Below are positions 1-8,051 of a stretch of DNA of 64,000 bases, in pieces. The number at the start of each line of letters is the position of its first letter. Positions within the stretch are counted from its first letter, which is position 1. The stretch covers positions 19,848-83,847 of the forward strand of contig JARRKE010000014.1 of NCBI GenBank assembly GCA_037388465.1. The letters run 5' to 3'. Under the pieces are notes generated by a model that did no database searches, was not told the origin of the DNA, and saw nothing but the letters and a program-made list of their open reading frames with translations. This stretch comes from Gammaproteobacteria bacterium (lineage in GTDB: Bacteria > Pseudomonadota > Gammaproteobacteria > SpSt-1174). The translations under genes and the position numbers were made by a program.

Positions 1-35
1 CGCAGACCCTGTCGCATAACGGCACCCTGACGCTG

Positions 36-1457
36 TTGAGCGGCGACACCGGCAATTACCAGGGCACTGCCGTGCAGGACTTTCAATCCACGCAGGGACA
101 ACTGACCGAGGCGGGATACGAACACCGTTTCGGCTCCCGTTGGCGGGCGGCGGCGCGCATCGTTTCGCTGCATGGGCATGAGGATGTCGCGAACCACGAA
201 ACCGCCGTCGGGGCGGTGGAATACAACAATCGCGATAACAGCCAGGATTACCAGCTGCATGTCATGCAGGACAGCCTCGGACACAACGGCAGCTGGCTGG
301 ACACGAGATTCACCGGCCGGCGCTGGACGAACCGCTTCGGGCTGTACCGCATGGACCCCGGACTGCTGTGGACCGACGCCCCCATCATCAACGACACCCA
401 GGGCGTCTACGCACGCGCCGACCTGAGCCGCTCGTTATACAACGTCAACCTGGGCGGTGACTGGTCGCAAACCAACCTCAACGACGATCCCACGCTTGCC
501 GGCATCGATTACACCAACCTGTACGCCAACGGCAATTACCGGCTCAACTATAAGCTGACGATCGGCGGCAGCCTGACCTACCAGAATGCCGCCGCGCGCT
601 CGGGAACAGCGACCCAGGACTCGGATAGCACCTCGCTCTCCGGGCGCCTGAGCCAGCAGAGCTCGCTCGGCACCACGCGCTACCAGCTGACCTGGAACGA
701 AAACCACATGGGGAATTTCAGGGGACAGGGCAACAAACTCAGCATCGATCACGACTGGTATCCCAACAGTGCGCTGCAACTGACCACCTCGCTCAGCGGT
801 GAACGGGCGGACACCTCCGACGGCTCGACCGAGCGCCTGGATACCGGCGTCGTCTGGCGGCAGTCCGTGACGGGGAATTTCAACTGGTCAGGCGGCGTGG
901 GCTATACGCAGGTCACAGGTACCGGCGCGACGAATAATTTCAATGCCACGGTCCAGGGTGATTGGCAGATCAGCGACGAGTGGGCGGTCAGCCTGCGCGG
1001 CGGCTGGAACCAATTGAAATACCAGGACATCGTGTCGATCCCCGGCTACACCCCCACCGACCGGCAAACCGAAAGCAGCGTCTACCTCAGCGTGCGTTAT
1101 ACCCGCACCGAGGGCACTCCGCTGATCGCCTTCGGCCGCCGCTATGGCGCAACTGCCGGTTACGGCCGCGTCTCGGGCCAGGTCTTCCTGGACGAAAACC
1201 GCGACGGCATTCGTGAAGCAAACGAAAAGGTGCTCCCCGGCCTGACCGTCATTCTCGACGGCCAGTACCCGACCCAGACCGACAGTCAGGGACGGTTCAG
1301 CTTCGAGCCGGTACCGACCGGGCCGCACATGGTGCAGATTGCCATTCAGGACGTACCCCTGCCCTGGGGGCTGGAAAAGAACGACCGGTTCAAGGTTTCG
1401 GTGCCGGTCCGCGGCACGGCTGAACTGCCGATTCCGCTGGTGAAGTTGAATAACTGA
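36..1457 (+). CDS. Outer-membrane beta-barrel-like protein ending in an SdrD-B/Cna-B (carboxypeptidase-regulatory-like) domain; the 5' end runs off the window
   Basis: The ORF reaches position 1 with no start codon in the window. Its composition is rich in N/T/S/G/Y/W/Q with alternating hydrophobic residues, typical of beta-barrel OMPs. The C-terminal approximately 90 aa (SGQVFLDENRDGIREANEKVLPGLTVILDG...TQTDSQGRFSFEPVPTGPHMV) matches the SdrD-B / Cna-B-type fold signature. Whether it is an usher for the adjacent pilin genes cannot be decided by eye; it is convergent to them. Confidence 0.45.
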   Translation: MSGDTGNYQGTAVQDFQSTQGQLTEAGYEHRFGSRWRAAARIVSLHGHEDVANHETAVGAVEYNNRDNSQDYQLHVMQDSLGHNGSWLDTRFTGRRWTNRFGLYRMDPGLLWTDAPIINDTQGVYARADLSRSLYNVNLGGDWSQTNLNDDPTLAGIDYTNLYANGNYRLNYKLTIGGSLTYQNAAARSGTATQDSDSTSLSGRLSQQSSLGTTRYQLTWNENHMGNFRGQGNKLSIDHDWYPNSALQLTTSLSGERADTSDGSTERLDTGVVWRQSVTGNFNWSGGVGYTQVTGTGATNNFNATVQGDWQISDEWAVSLRGGWNQLKYQDIVSIPGYTPTDRQTESSVYLSVRYTRTEGTPLIAFGRRYGATAGYGRVSGQVFLDENRDGIREANEKVLPGLTVILDGQYPTQTDSQGRFSFEPVPTGPHMVQIAIQDVPLPWGLEKNDRFKVSVPVRGTAELPIPLVKLNN

Positions 1458-1730
1458 TTGCCGTGAGGAGTAAGGGGACAAACGTGAGGTGATAGGGGTA
1501 AGGAGTGAGGAGGTGGCAGTGTCTTTTCGCCTTACCCTTCACGTTTCACCACTCCCCCTCCCGTCTTGCCGAGCAGCCGATGGGTAGCTCGGTGAGAGGA
1601 AGACTGATGGCGATTTGTTAGGTTATTGGAATTGTTTCTGCATGCTTGGGGCCCAGTTAGACAGGTGATTGGTATTGTTTCGCACGCTATTGAGCTGGGA
1701 TTTCCCTATCTAACACCCATTGAAGCGTGC

Positions 1731-1975
1731 GAGTCTCTTTCTTTACTTGCCCAAAGAAAGAGACGAAAGAAAGGCGCCCCCACCGCCTTGGCCCTACGGG
1801 CTATCCTCGCATCCGCCTACTTGCGACGGGTCGGTTCGACACGACGTCCTCGGCAATTGCTCCTGCATTGCCCTACCTCCTGCATCCATGCAGTCGTGTC
1901 GTGACGAACCTCAGCCCGGCGTCCTTGCCGGGCTGACCCTGCAATCCAGCAGCTGCTCGGCAAGGCGGAACGGGG
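1731..1975 (+). ncRNA. Candidate structured ncRNA core (copy A) of the repeated element
   Basis: There is a perfect 12-bp hairpin at 1733-1764 (gtctctttcttt / aaagaaagagac). The homologous position in copy B is a perfect 13-bp hairpin of different sequence (ggtactttctctt / aagagaaagtacc), i.e. multiple compensatory changes. Additional conserved stems are cagcccggc..gccgggctg, ccttgccg..cggcaagg, and the near-palindrome ctgcatccatgcag. In a second stem a G/A difference between copies still leaves pairing possible as G-U only if the + strand is the RNA. Confidence 0.35.
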
Positions 1976-2026
1976 ATATTGGTAAGGCGTGAAACGTGAG
2001 GGGTAAGGCGAAAAGACACTGCCATC

Positions 2027-2082
2027 GCCTTACCCCTTACGCCTTACGCCTTACGCCTTACGCCTTACGCCTTACGCCTTAC
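2027..2082. repeat. Tandem heptanucleotide repeat (GCCTTAC)x8, one unit degenerate (CCCTTAC). It ends 2 nt before the stop codon of the convergent minus-strand chaperone-like gene
   Basis: Read directly: gccttac cccttac gccttac x6. It is the 3' terminal part of repeat copy A. Confidence 0.9.
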
Positions 2083-2084
2083 GA

Positions 2085-2894
2085 TTATTTCAATCGCGCA
2101 TCAACATCCTTCTGCCCACCATCCCAAAGGATGCGGCCCTTGAGATGCAGGGGCACGTGGATCTTGATCTTGGTATCCACCCCTTCGGCATTCATCGGCC
2201 AGATCGGCACCATGCGCGTCTGACCAGGCAGGATCGGCAAGGGCGCCACACTGAAATCCACCTGCTGGTTGGATGAATCCTGCCCCGACAGCATGCCCTG
2301 CGGCCGTCCGTGTGCGTTACCTTTGTTGGTGATTATCGCAACGGGGGTCAGATGCCCGTTGACCCGGTGCAGTTCCAGGCGATCCACCTTGAGCCGTGGA
2401 TGGGCGTCCCCGACGCGGACATAGACGATAACCGCGATCCGGCCCTCGACCGGAAACTCGATGTCGCCCGCCTTGGCCATGACGCTCTGATCGGCCGGAG
2501 AAAGCAACAAGGCCACCCGGCATTCCCCGGCCTTGGCATCCTTGGGCACATGCACCTCGAAGCGGTACAGGTGATCCGCCTTGGGCGCCAGACTCAAGTT
2601 ACGCCGCTCGATACGCACCCAGGGACGGCAACTGCCGGGCTGAAGTTCGGGCGGAAAGATCCTCACGCCACCATTGGGCTGCAGAGCCCAGTCGGCGGTG
2701 CGTACCCGCAATTTGGTCTCGTAAACGTCCGGGTTGGTGAGCCGCACCACCTGGCGCACGACCTGCCCGGGTTTGGCCTGCAATTCGAACCGTCCCGGCG
2801 CCACCATGAGCGTAAAGGTCTTGGCCGACAATGCCGGCGGCATCAGGCTCAACAGGGCCAGGCTGAACCATCCAATGGTTTTAAGGAGTTTCAC
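2085..2894 (-). CDS. Putative periplasmic pilus/fimbrial chaperone-like protein (signal peptide, approximately 269 aa), last gene of the pilin cluster
   Basis: It has an N-terminal signal peptide (MKLLKTIGWFSLALLSLMPPALSA) and the size typical of PapD/CsuC-like chaperones. It sits immediately downstream of three small secreted pilin-like genes with 4-bp overlaps. The fold assignment is an inference; it was not verified by motif. Confidence 0.4.
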   Translation of the reverse strand: MKLLKTIGWFSLALLSLMPPALSAKTFTLMVAPGRFELQAKPGQVVRQVVRLTNPDVYETKLRVRTADWALQPNGGVRIFPPELQPGSCRPWVRIERRNLSLAPKADHLYRFEVHVPKDAKAGECRVALLLSPADQSVMAKAGDIEFPVEGRIAVIVYVRVGDAHPRLKVDRLELHRVNGHLTPVAIITNKGNAHGRPQGMLSGQDSSNQQVDFSVAPLPILPGQTRMVPIWPMNAEGVDTKIKIHVPLHLKGRILWDGGQKDVDARLK

Positions 2895-3376
2895 GGTTGA
2901 ATCTGGATCTCGAATTCGGGTTTCAGGGTGATGGTGCCGGTCACGTAGCGTGCGTCCAGATGAAATGTCATGTCGAACAGGTCGCGCATGACGGCCTCGG
3001 TGATGGGGCCATTGTAAATGGGGACGGCTTCACCGGGAACTGCCGTCCCCGAAGCGAAGGTTCCGAGCTCGGTGGTCCAGTTGACGCGCAGACCGCCCGG
3101 CCGACTCAACCCCTGGGGGGAAAGCGGCATGCGCAGAAAGATCTGCGCATGCTTGCCGATATAGTCCTGGGTACGCAGGCGGATGTCGATCTTGACGTGG
3201 CCGACGATCGCATTGAGCTGTTCCGCGCTCAGTCGCCGACCCGGCGTCGGCACATAAGCCCATTGCAGTTGCGGGACAACGTTCTGTTGCGGGGAAAGGG
3301 AATCGTCCAGGCGCTCCATGGCGCCCGCCGCCGGCATCCAGAGCATTAACGCAAGCAGGAAGGACCAGGTCTTCAT
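2891..3376 (-). CDS. Small secreted protein (161 aa), a possible minor pilin-like subunit
   Basis: It has a signal peptide (MKTWSFLLALMLWMPAAGA). It is translationally coupled to the flanking genes (4-bp overlaps at both ends). Its C-terminal YVTGTITLKPEF resembles the Y-x-G-T-V-T motif of the neighbouring pilin-like proteins. Confidence 0.4.
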   Translation of the reverse strand: MKTWSFLLALMLWMPAAGAMERLDDSLSPQQNVVPQLQWAYVPTPGRRLSAEQLNAIVGHVKIDIRLRTQDYIGKHAQIFLRMPLSPQGLSRPGGLRVNWTTELGTFASGTAVPGEAVPIYNGPITEAVMRDLFDMTFHLDARYVTGTITLKPEFEIQIQP

Positions 3377-3936
3377 TGCATGGTCGCCGTGTAAGTGACC
3401 GTACCGGTATAGGTACCGGGCGCGACGACCTGGCTGTTGGCGTAATAGAAGGTCTGATCCACGTAAACCTGTTTTGAGCCGGTAAAGGTCAGCAAAACCT
3501 GGTTCGCCGATCCGTCGAAACGCCCCGAAGGAATATCACTGTCCGAAGAGGTCCAGCCAATCTCGGTAAAAGGAATGGTATACGTGTTGTTGCTGAGGGG
3601 CGTGCTCGAATTGGCCGTCAAGGTCACCGTCACGCCGCCGAGAAACTCGGCCCACAGGGAGGATTGCGCGGCGACCGACACCCGGACCGGCTGCGACGTG
3701 GCCTGCAGAGGCGTGTTGTCGCCCACCTGGCCGGCGGGCACCTGAAAACTGACCGTATCGACGGAACCGGTCGGGCTGCCCACCTGAAGCACCAAACGCC
3801 CCGTAAAGAACTTGTAGACACCGAGCGTCACCGTTACCGCGTGGGCCGGACTGGAAAACAAAAACAGGCAACCCAGCATCAGCCAGGTTGCCTTTTTCAA
3901 TCCTGAAGGTATGAAGCGCATTTTAGTTATGACCAC
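3373..3936 (-). CDS. Secreted pilin-like protein, resembling the spore-coat-U (SCPU) / Csu-type archaic chaperone-usher subunits
   Basis: It has a signal peptide ending ...SSPAHA. Its C-terminal motif YANSQVVAPGTYTGTVTYTATMQ is shared with the upstream gene product (YANNSVVPAGTYTGQVTYTAATP). The likely start is GTG at 3936, with AAGG about 7 nt upstream. The next in-frame ATG (MRFIPS...) would give a start at 3921. Confidence 0.5.
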   Translation of the reverse strand: MVITKMRFIPSGLKKATWLMLGCLFLFSSPAHAVTVTLGVYKFFTGRLVLQVGSPTGSVDTVSFQVPAGQVGDNTPLQATSQPVRVSVAAQSSLWAEFLGGVTVTLTANSSTPLSNNTYTIPFTEIGWTSSDSDIPSGRFDGSANQVLLTFTGSKQVYVDQTFYYANSQVVAPGTYTGTVTYTATMQ

Positions 3937-3967
3937 TCGCCTTTACCTGTCCTGCTGATAGTGTAGC

Positions 3968-3991
3968 AAGCCCCTTGCGGGGCTTGCTGAC
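3968..3991 (-). terminator. Strong stem-loop (agcaagcccc ttgc ggggcttgct) between the first (major-subunit-like) pilin gene and the following genes; a candidate attenuator or partial terminator
   Basis: A 10-bp GC-rich perfect stem with a 4-nt loop, immediately downstream of the stop of the 4007-4588 gene on the minus strand. This arrangement is classic in fimbrial operons for setting major versus minor subunit stoichiometry. Confidence 0.4.
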
Positions 3992-4006
3992 ACTCTAACC
4001 GGCGCC

Positions 4007-4588
4007 TTACGGCGTGGCCGCGGTGTAGGTCACCTGGCCGGTGTAGGTACCCGCCGGCACCACACTGTTGTTGGCGTAGCTGTAGGTCCAGGTCGCCGTA
4101 CGCGTGGTCACCGAGCTCGCCCCATTCAGGGTCGGCTGCACCGCGGTACCGCCCGCATTGCTCAAGGTCGGGGTGGGCAGGTTGCTGTCGCTCGACGTGG
4201 CGGTAATATCGCTCCAGCTGATATTGTTGCCGGCGCCGTCGCTCAGCCCCGAAGCGCTGTTGTTGGTCGGGGTGATGGTGACCTGGCCGGCATTGCTGCG
4301 CAGCACGACGTTCACCGCGCCACCGCCCGCGTCACCGCCGGTACCGGCCACCGCGGTGCCGTCGCCGACATTGGCGCCCGGTACGTTGAAGCCGATCTGG
4401 TCGATGGTGGCACCCGCCGTACCGACCCGGAAGTAGAGGAAGGCTGGCACCACGACCTGGAAGTCCAGCTTGGCCGAGGCATTCAGCGCGCCGCCGCCAG
4501 TCGCCGAGGTGGATTGCGCGGCGGCGATGCCGGGAACGGTCGCCATAGCCAGCGCAGCCGAAAGGATGATTGTCTTCATGGTGTTCAT
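4007..4588 (-). CDS. Secreted Gly/Ala/Thr-rich pilin-like protein (putative major subunit), first gene of the cluster
   Basis: The start ATG at 4588 has GAGGAG 7 nt upstream. The signal peptide is MNTMKTIILSAALAMATVPGIAAAQS. The C-terminal motif AGTYTGQVTYTA is shared with the next gene. The sequence is low-complexity G/A/T/S/N-rich, typical of fimbrial major subunits. Confidence 0.5.
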   Translation of the reverse strand: MNTMKTIILSAALAMATVPGIAAAQSTSATGGGALNASAKLDFQVVVPAFLYFRVGTAGATIDQIGFNVPGANVGDGTAVAGTGGDAGGGAVNVVLRSNAGQVTITPTNNSASGLSDGAGNNISWSDITATSSDSNLPTPTLSNAGGTAVQPTLNGASSVTTRTATWTYSYANNSVVPAGTYTGQVTYTAATP

Positions 4589-4893
4589 TTTTGCTCTCCT
4601 CGGGGTCTTTGCCTCACGGCAGTTGCCCCATGTATAAATCGCTCGTTGTGGGCCAAACCTCATTCAGTACATTAAGTTTCTTTCCTTGGTTGTAATCCTA
4701 GCCAAGCGACCGTCGCCAAACCTTGAAGGGCGTCACATTTCTGACGTCCCTACCTGTGGATAAGCGTGATTTCCGTCACAACCCGCTCAACACGCCCCTA
4801 GAGAGCCGGATTCGGAAGGGTCCTGCAGGCTTGTTTGCGCCATCGCGATGGACGGCGTGGTAGAATTCCGCTCTTTTCTAATGCACCGGCCGC

Positions 4894-6789
4894 ATGACAC
4901 AGCCTGACTATCCGTTGCTCGAGGGCATCGACAGCCCCGCCGACTTGCGCGCCCTGCCGCAAAAGTCGCTACGGGCTGTGTGCGACGAACTGCGCCGATT
5001 CCTGCTGCAGTCGGTATCGAGTTCGGGGGGGCATCTCGCCGCGAATCTCGGCGTGGTGGAGCTGACCGTCGCCCTGCACTATGTCTTCCAGACACCTGAT
5101 GACCGCCTGGTCTGGGATGTGGGACACCAGACTTATCCCCATAAGGTATTGACCGGACGCCGCGACCGCCTGCACACCATTCGCCAGAAGGACGGCCTGT
5201 CCGGCTTCCCGAGCCGTAGCGAAAGCCCGTACGACGCCTTCGGCGTGGGACATTCCAGCACCTCCATCAGCGCGGCGCTGGGCATGGCGCTGGCCGCGGA
5301 ACGCGCCGGCGAAGACCGGCAGAGCGTGGCCATCATCGGCGACGGCGCGATGACGGCTGGCATGGCCTACGAGGCCCTGAATCACGCCGGCGACCTCAAG
5401 GCCAATCTGCTGGTCATCCTCAACGACAACGAAATGTCCATCTCCCCCAACGTCGGGGCGCTTAACAAATACTTCGCGCGCGTGCTGTCCGGGCGCATTT
5501 ACTCGACCATGCGCGAGGGCGGCAAGCAGGTGCTCAAGAACATGCCACCTATGTGGGAACTGGCGCGCCGCGCCGAAGAGCACATGAAGGGCATGATCAT
5601 CCCCGGCACCCTGTTCGAGGAGATGGGATTCCAGTACTTCGGCCCCATCGACGGCCACGACGTCGACGGCCTGGTAAAGATGCTGCACAACCTGCACGGA
5701 CTGCAGGGCCCCCGCCTGCTCCACATCAGCACCCGCAAGGGCAAGGGGTACGCCCCGGCCGAGGCCGACCCGGTCGCCTACCACGGCGTGGGACGCTTCG
5801 ACCCCGATACCGGCCTGACCGCCGGCAAGACCGGCGGCGCCCCCACCTATACCGAGGTCTTCGGTTCCTGGCTCTGCGACATGGCCGAACAAGACGAGCG
5901 CCTGCTCGCCATCACCCCGGCCATGCGCGAAGGCTCGGGGCTGGTCGAATTCTCCGAGCGCTTCCCGGAACGCTATTTCGACGTGGGCATTGCCGAACAG
6001 CACGCGGTGACCCTGGCCGCGGGCATGGCCTGCGAGAATGCCAAACCCGTGGTCGCCATTTATTCCACCTTTTTGCAGCGCGGCTACGACCAGCTGATTC
6101 ACGACGTGGCGCTGCAGAACCTGCCGGTATTGTTCGCCCTCGACCGCGCCGGCCTGGTCGGCCCGGACGGCGCCACCCACGCCGGCAGCTTCGACCTCTC
6201 CTATCTGCGCTGCATCCCGAATCTGGTGGTGATGGCGCCCGCCGACGAAAACGAGTGCCGGCAGATGCTGTATACCGGCTACCGACATGCAGGCCCGGCA
6301 GCCGTACGCTACCCGCGTGGCAAGGGCCCGGGCGCGGCGGTTCAGGCCGAGATGCAGGCCATTCCGCTGGGCAAGGCCCAGCAACTGCGCAAGGGCAAGC
6401 GCATCGCCCTGCTTTCCTTCGGGGGGCTGCTGCAAGAGGCGCGGGCCGCCGCGGAGGCACTCGATGCCACCCTTATCAACATGCGCTTCGTCAAACCGCT
6501 GGACACCGAGATGATCCTGCGCCTGGCCAACAGCCACGAACTCCTGGTGACCGTGGAGGACAACGTCATCGGCGGGGGCGCCGGCAGCGCCGTCAACGAA
6601 TGCCTGGCCGAGCACGACCACCGCGCCTGCCTGCTCAACCTAGGCCTGCCCGACCGCTTTATCGAACACGGCGCACGCGAGGCGCTGCTGGCCGAGTGCG
6701 GCCTGGACGCCGCCGGCATCCGCCATGCCGTGGAGGCCTGGATCAACAATGGGGATTGCGAGGGACGCCGCCCTCAGTTAATATCCTAG
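4894..6789 (+). CDS. dxs: 1-deoxy-D-xylulose-5-phosphate synthase
   Basis: 631 aa with full-length similarity to Dxs, including the TPP-binding GDGAxT(A/G)G motif and typical N-terminal and C-terminal blocks. Confidence 0.95.
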   Translation: MTQPDYPLLEGIDSPADLRALPQKSLRAVCDELRRFLLQSVSSSGGHLAANLGVVELTVALHYVFQTPDDRLVWDVGHQTYPHKVLTGRRDRLHTIRQKDGLSGFPSRSESPYDAFGVGHSSTSISAALGMALAAERAGEDRQSVAIIGDGAMTAGMAYEALNHAGDLKANLLVILNDNEMSISPNVGALNKYFARVLSGRIYSTMREGGKQVLKNMPPMWELARRAEEHMKGMIIPGTLFEEMGFQYFGPIDGHDVDGLVKMLHNLHGLQGPRLLHISTRKGKGYAPAEADPVAYHGVGRFDPDTGLTAGKTGGAPTYTEVFGSWLCDMAEQDERLLAITPAMREGSGLVEFSERFPERYFDVGIAEQHAVTLAAGMACENAKPVVAIYSTFLQRGYDQLIHDVALQNLPVLFALDRAGLVGPDGATHAGSFDLSYLRCIPNLVVMAPADENECRQMLYTGYRHAGPAAVRYPRGKGPGAAVQAEMQAIPLGKAQQLRKGKRIALLSFGGLLQEARAAAEALDATLINMRFVKPLDTEMILRLANSHELLVTVEDNVIGGGAGSAVNECLAEHDHRACLLNLGLPDRFIEHGAREALLAECGLDAAGIRHAVEAWINNGDCEGRRPQLIS

Positions 6790-6809
6790 CGTCTTAGTAG
6801 GTTTTAACC

Positions 6810-7190
6810 ATGCCCGGCCGCTTCACGCTCAAGATTCTCACCGACTTCGCTTCGGCGCATACCCTGCGGGATTACCCCGGGGACTGTGCGCGCATGCATG
6901 GCCACAACTGGAAGGTCGAAGCGGAGGTCGAGGCGGAGACCCTGAATGAAACCGGCATGGCCATCGACTTCAAGGACATCAAACAGGCTGCGCGCGAGAT
7001 CGCCGGACGGCTGGATCATCGTTATCTCAACGAACTGGAGCCGTTCACCGAACTCAATCCCACCGCGGAGCACATCGCCCAATACTTCTTCCGCGAACTC
7101 GGCAAGCAATTGGACCGGCCCGGGTTGCGCGTCTCGTCGGTTACCCTGTGGGAAACCGACCGCGCCTGTGTGCGCTATAGTGAGGACTGA
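6810..7190 (+). CDS. queD: 6-carboxy-5,6,7,8-tetrahydropterin synthase (6-pyruvoyl-tetrahydropterin synthase family)
   Basis: 126 aa with the CxxxHGH zinc/catalytic motif ([10 protein letters not shown]) and typical QueD size. Confidence 0.85.
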   Translation: MPGRFTLKILTDFASAHTLRDYPGDCARMHGHNWKVEAEVEAETLNETGMAIDFKDIKQAAREIAGRLDHRYLNELEPFTELNPTAEHIAQYFFRELGKQLDRPGLRVSSVTLWETDRACVRYSED

Positions 7191-7195
7191 ACATT

Positions 7196-8011
7196 ATGAG
7201 CAGGACCGCCCCGCAAGTGATCGATTCCATCCCTGATGTGCAGGCCACGGCGGATACCCGTCAGATCGCCATCAACAAGGTCGGCATCAAGGACATCCGC
7301 CACCCCATCCGGGTCGCGGACCGCAGCGGCGGTGAACAACACACCATCGCCACCTTCAGCATGTACGTGAACCTGCCCAAGCATTTCAAGGGCACTCACA
7401 TGTCCCGTTTCGTGGAAATCCTCAACCGCCACGAACGTGAGATCACCGTAAAGTCCTTCCGCGATATGCTGGGGGAAATGACCGGGCGGCTGGAGGCTGA
7501 ATCCGGCCACATCGAAATGCATTTCCCCTACTTCGTCATGAAGTCCGCGCCGGTATCCGGCGTGCAGAGCCTGATGGACTACGAAGTGAGCTTTATCGGC
7601 GAGATACACAAAAACAAGCCGCAGATGAACGTCAAGGTCAGCGTGCCGGTGACCAGCCTGTGCCCCTGCTCGAAGAAGATCTCCGACTACGGCGCGCACA
7701 ACCAGCGCTCCCACGTGACCGTCAGCGTGCGCACCAACAAATTCATCTGGGTGGAAGACCTCATCGACCTGGTCGAACAGGAGGCCTCCTGCGAACTCTT
7801 CGGCCTGCTCAAACGCCCGGACGAGAAATACGTCACCGAAAAGGCCTACGACAACCCCAAGTTCGTAGAAGATATGGTGCGGGATATCGCCGTGCGCCTG
7901 AATGCCGACGACCGCGTCCTGGGTTACGTGGTGGAATCCGAAAACTTCGAATCCATCCACAACCACTCCGCTTACGCCATGATCGAGTACGACAAGGAAA
8001 GCGAAGAATAA
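7196..8011 (+). CDS. folE2: GTP cyclohydrolase FolE2 (type IB)
   Basis: 271 aa with the CPCSK motif and a FolE2/MptA-like sequence. It lies adjacent to queD. Confidence 0.85.
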   Translation: MSRTAPQVIDSIPDVQATADTRQIAINKVGIKDIRHPIRVADRSGGEQHTIATFSMYVNLPKHFKGTHMSRFVEILNRHEREITVKSFRDMLGEMTGRLEAESGHIEMHFPYFVMKSAPVSGVQSLMDYEVSFIGEIHKNKPQMNVKVSVPVTSLCPCSKKISDYGAHNQRSHVTVSVRTNKFIWVEDLIDLVEQEASCELFGLLKRPDEKYVTEKAYDNPKFVEDMVRDIAVRLNADDRVLGYVVESENFESIHNHSAYAMIEYDKESEE

Positions 8012-8051
8012 AGGCTAAGACGTCAGGGGCACTTAAAAGCGCCTTACGCGA

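Larger units (their letters stand above)
1461..2082 (+). repeat. Copy A of a two-copy structured repeat element (candidate MITE or ncRNA locus). It has inverted heptamer-rich flanks, a 23-bp perfect inverted repeat at 1515-1537 and 2001-2023, and a conserved core at 1731-1975
   Basis: Its 5' flank carries GTAAGG/GTGAGG-type heptamers (the reverse complement of CCTTAC); its 3' flank carries (GCCTTAC)n. The sequence ggcagtgtcttttcgccttaccc at 1515-1537 is the exact reverse complement of 2001-2023. The core aligns with 56774-57020 at high identity. No ORF is conserved in frame between the two copies. Confidence 0.6.

Noticed and set aside
1820-1850. tRNA-like T-loop (GGTTCGA) inside repeat copy A
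   Set aside because: The motif is not conserved in copy B (ggtccga). No acceptor or anticodon arms could be drawn, and no tRNA was recognised anywhere in the window.
1626-1992. Short ORFs inside the repeat elements (1626-1904, 1720-1992, 1727-1936; 56595-56864, 56750-57031, 56791-56982)
   Set aside because: Homologous segments of the two copies are read in different frames (an indel between the copies shifts the frame), whereas base-pairing is conserved. This is evidence for RNA or DNA structure and not for a protein.
1996-2223. 75-aa ORF reading through the heptamer array (…LTPYALRLTPYALRLTPY…)
   Set aside because: The periodic peptide is simply the translation of the (GCCTTAC)n repeat. 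There is no start context, and it overlaps the chaperone-like gene's 3' end on the other strand.
4969-6621. 550-aa ORF antisense to dxs, and a 414-aa Arg/Pro-rich alternate-frame ORF at 5553-6797
   Set aside because: These are typical spurious long ORFs in high-GC DNA. They are Arg/Ala/Gly/Pro-rich and low in complexity, with no motifs, and they fully overlap the strongly supported dxs gene.
8041-8047. Isolated GCCTTAC heptamers next to other stop codons (8041-8047 after the MBL gene; 4004-4010 overlapping the pilin stop)
   Set aside because: A specific 7-mer is expected several times by chance in 64 kb of high-GC sequence. Only the tandem array and the element termini are significant.
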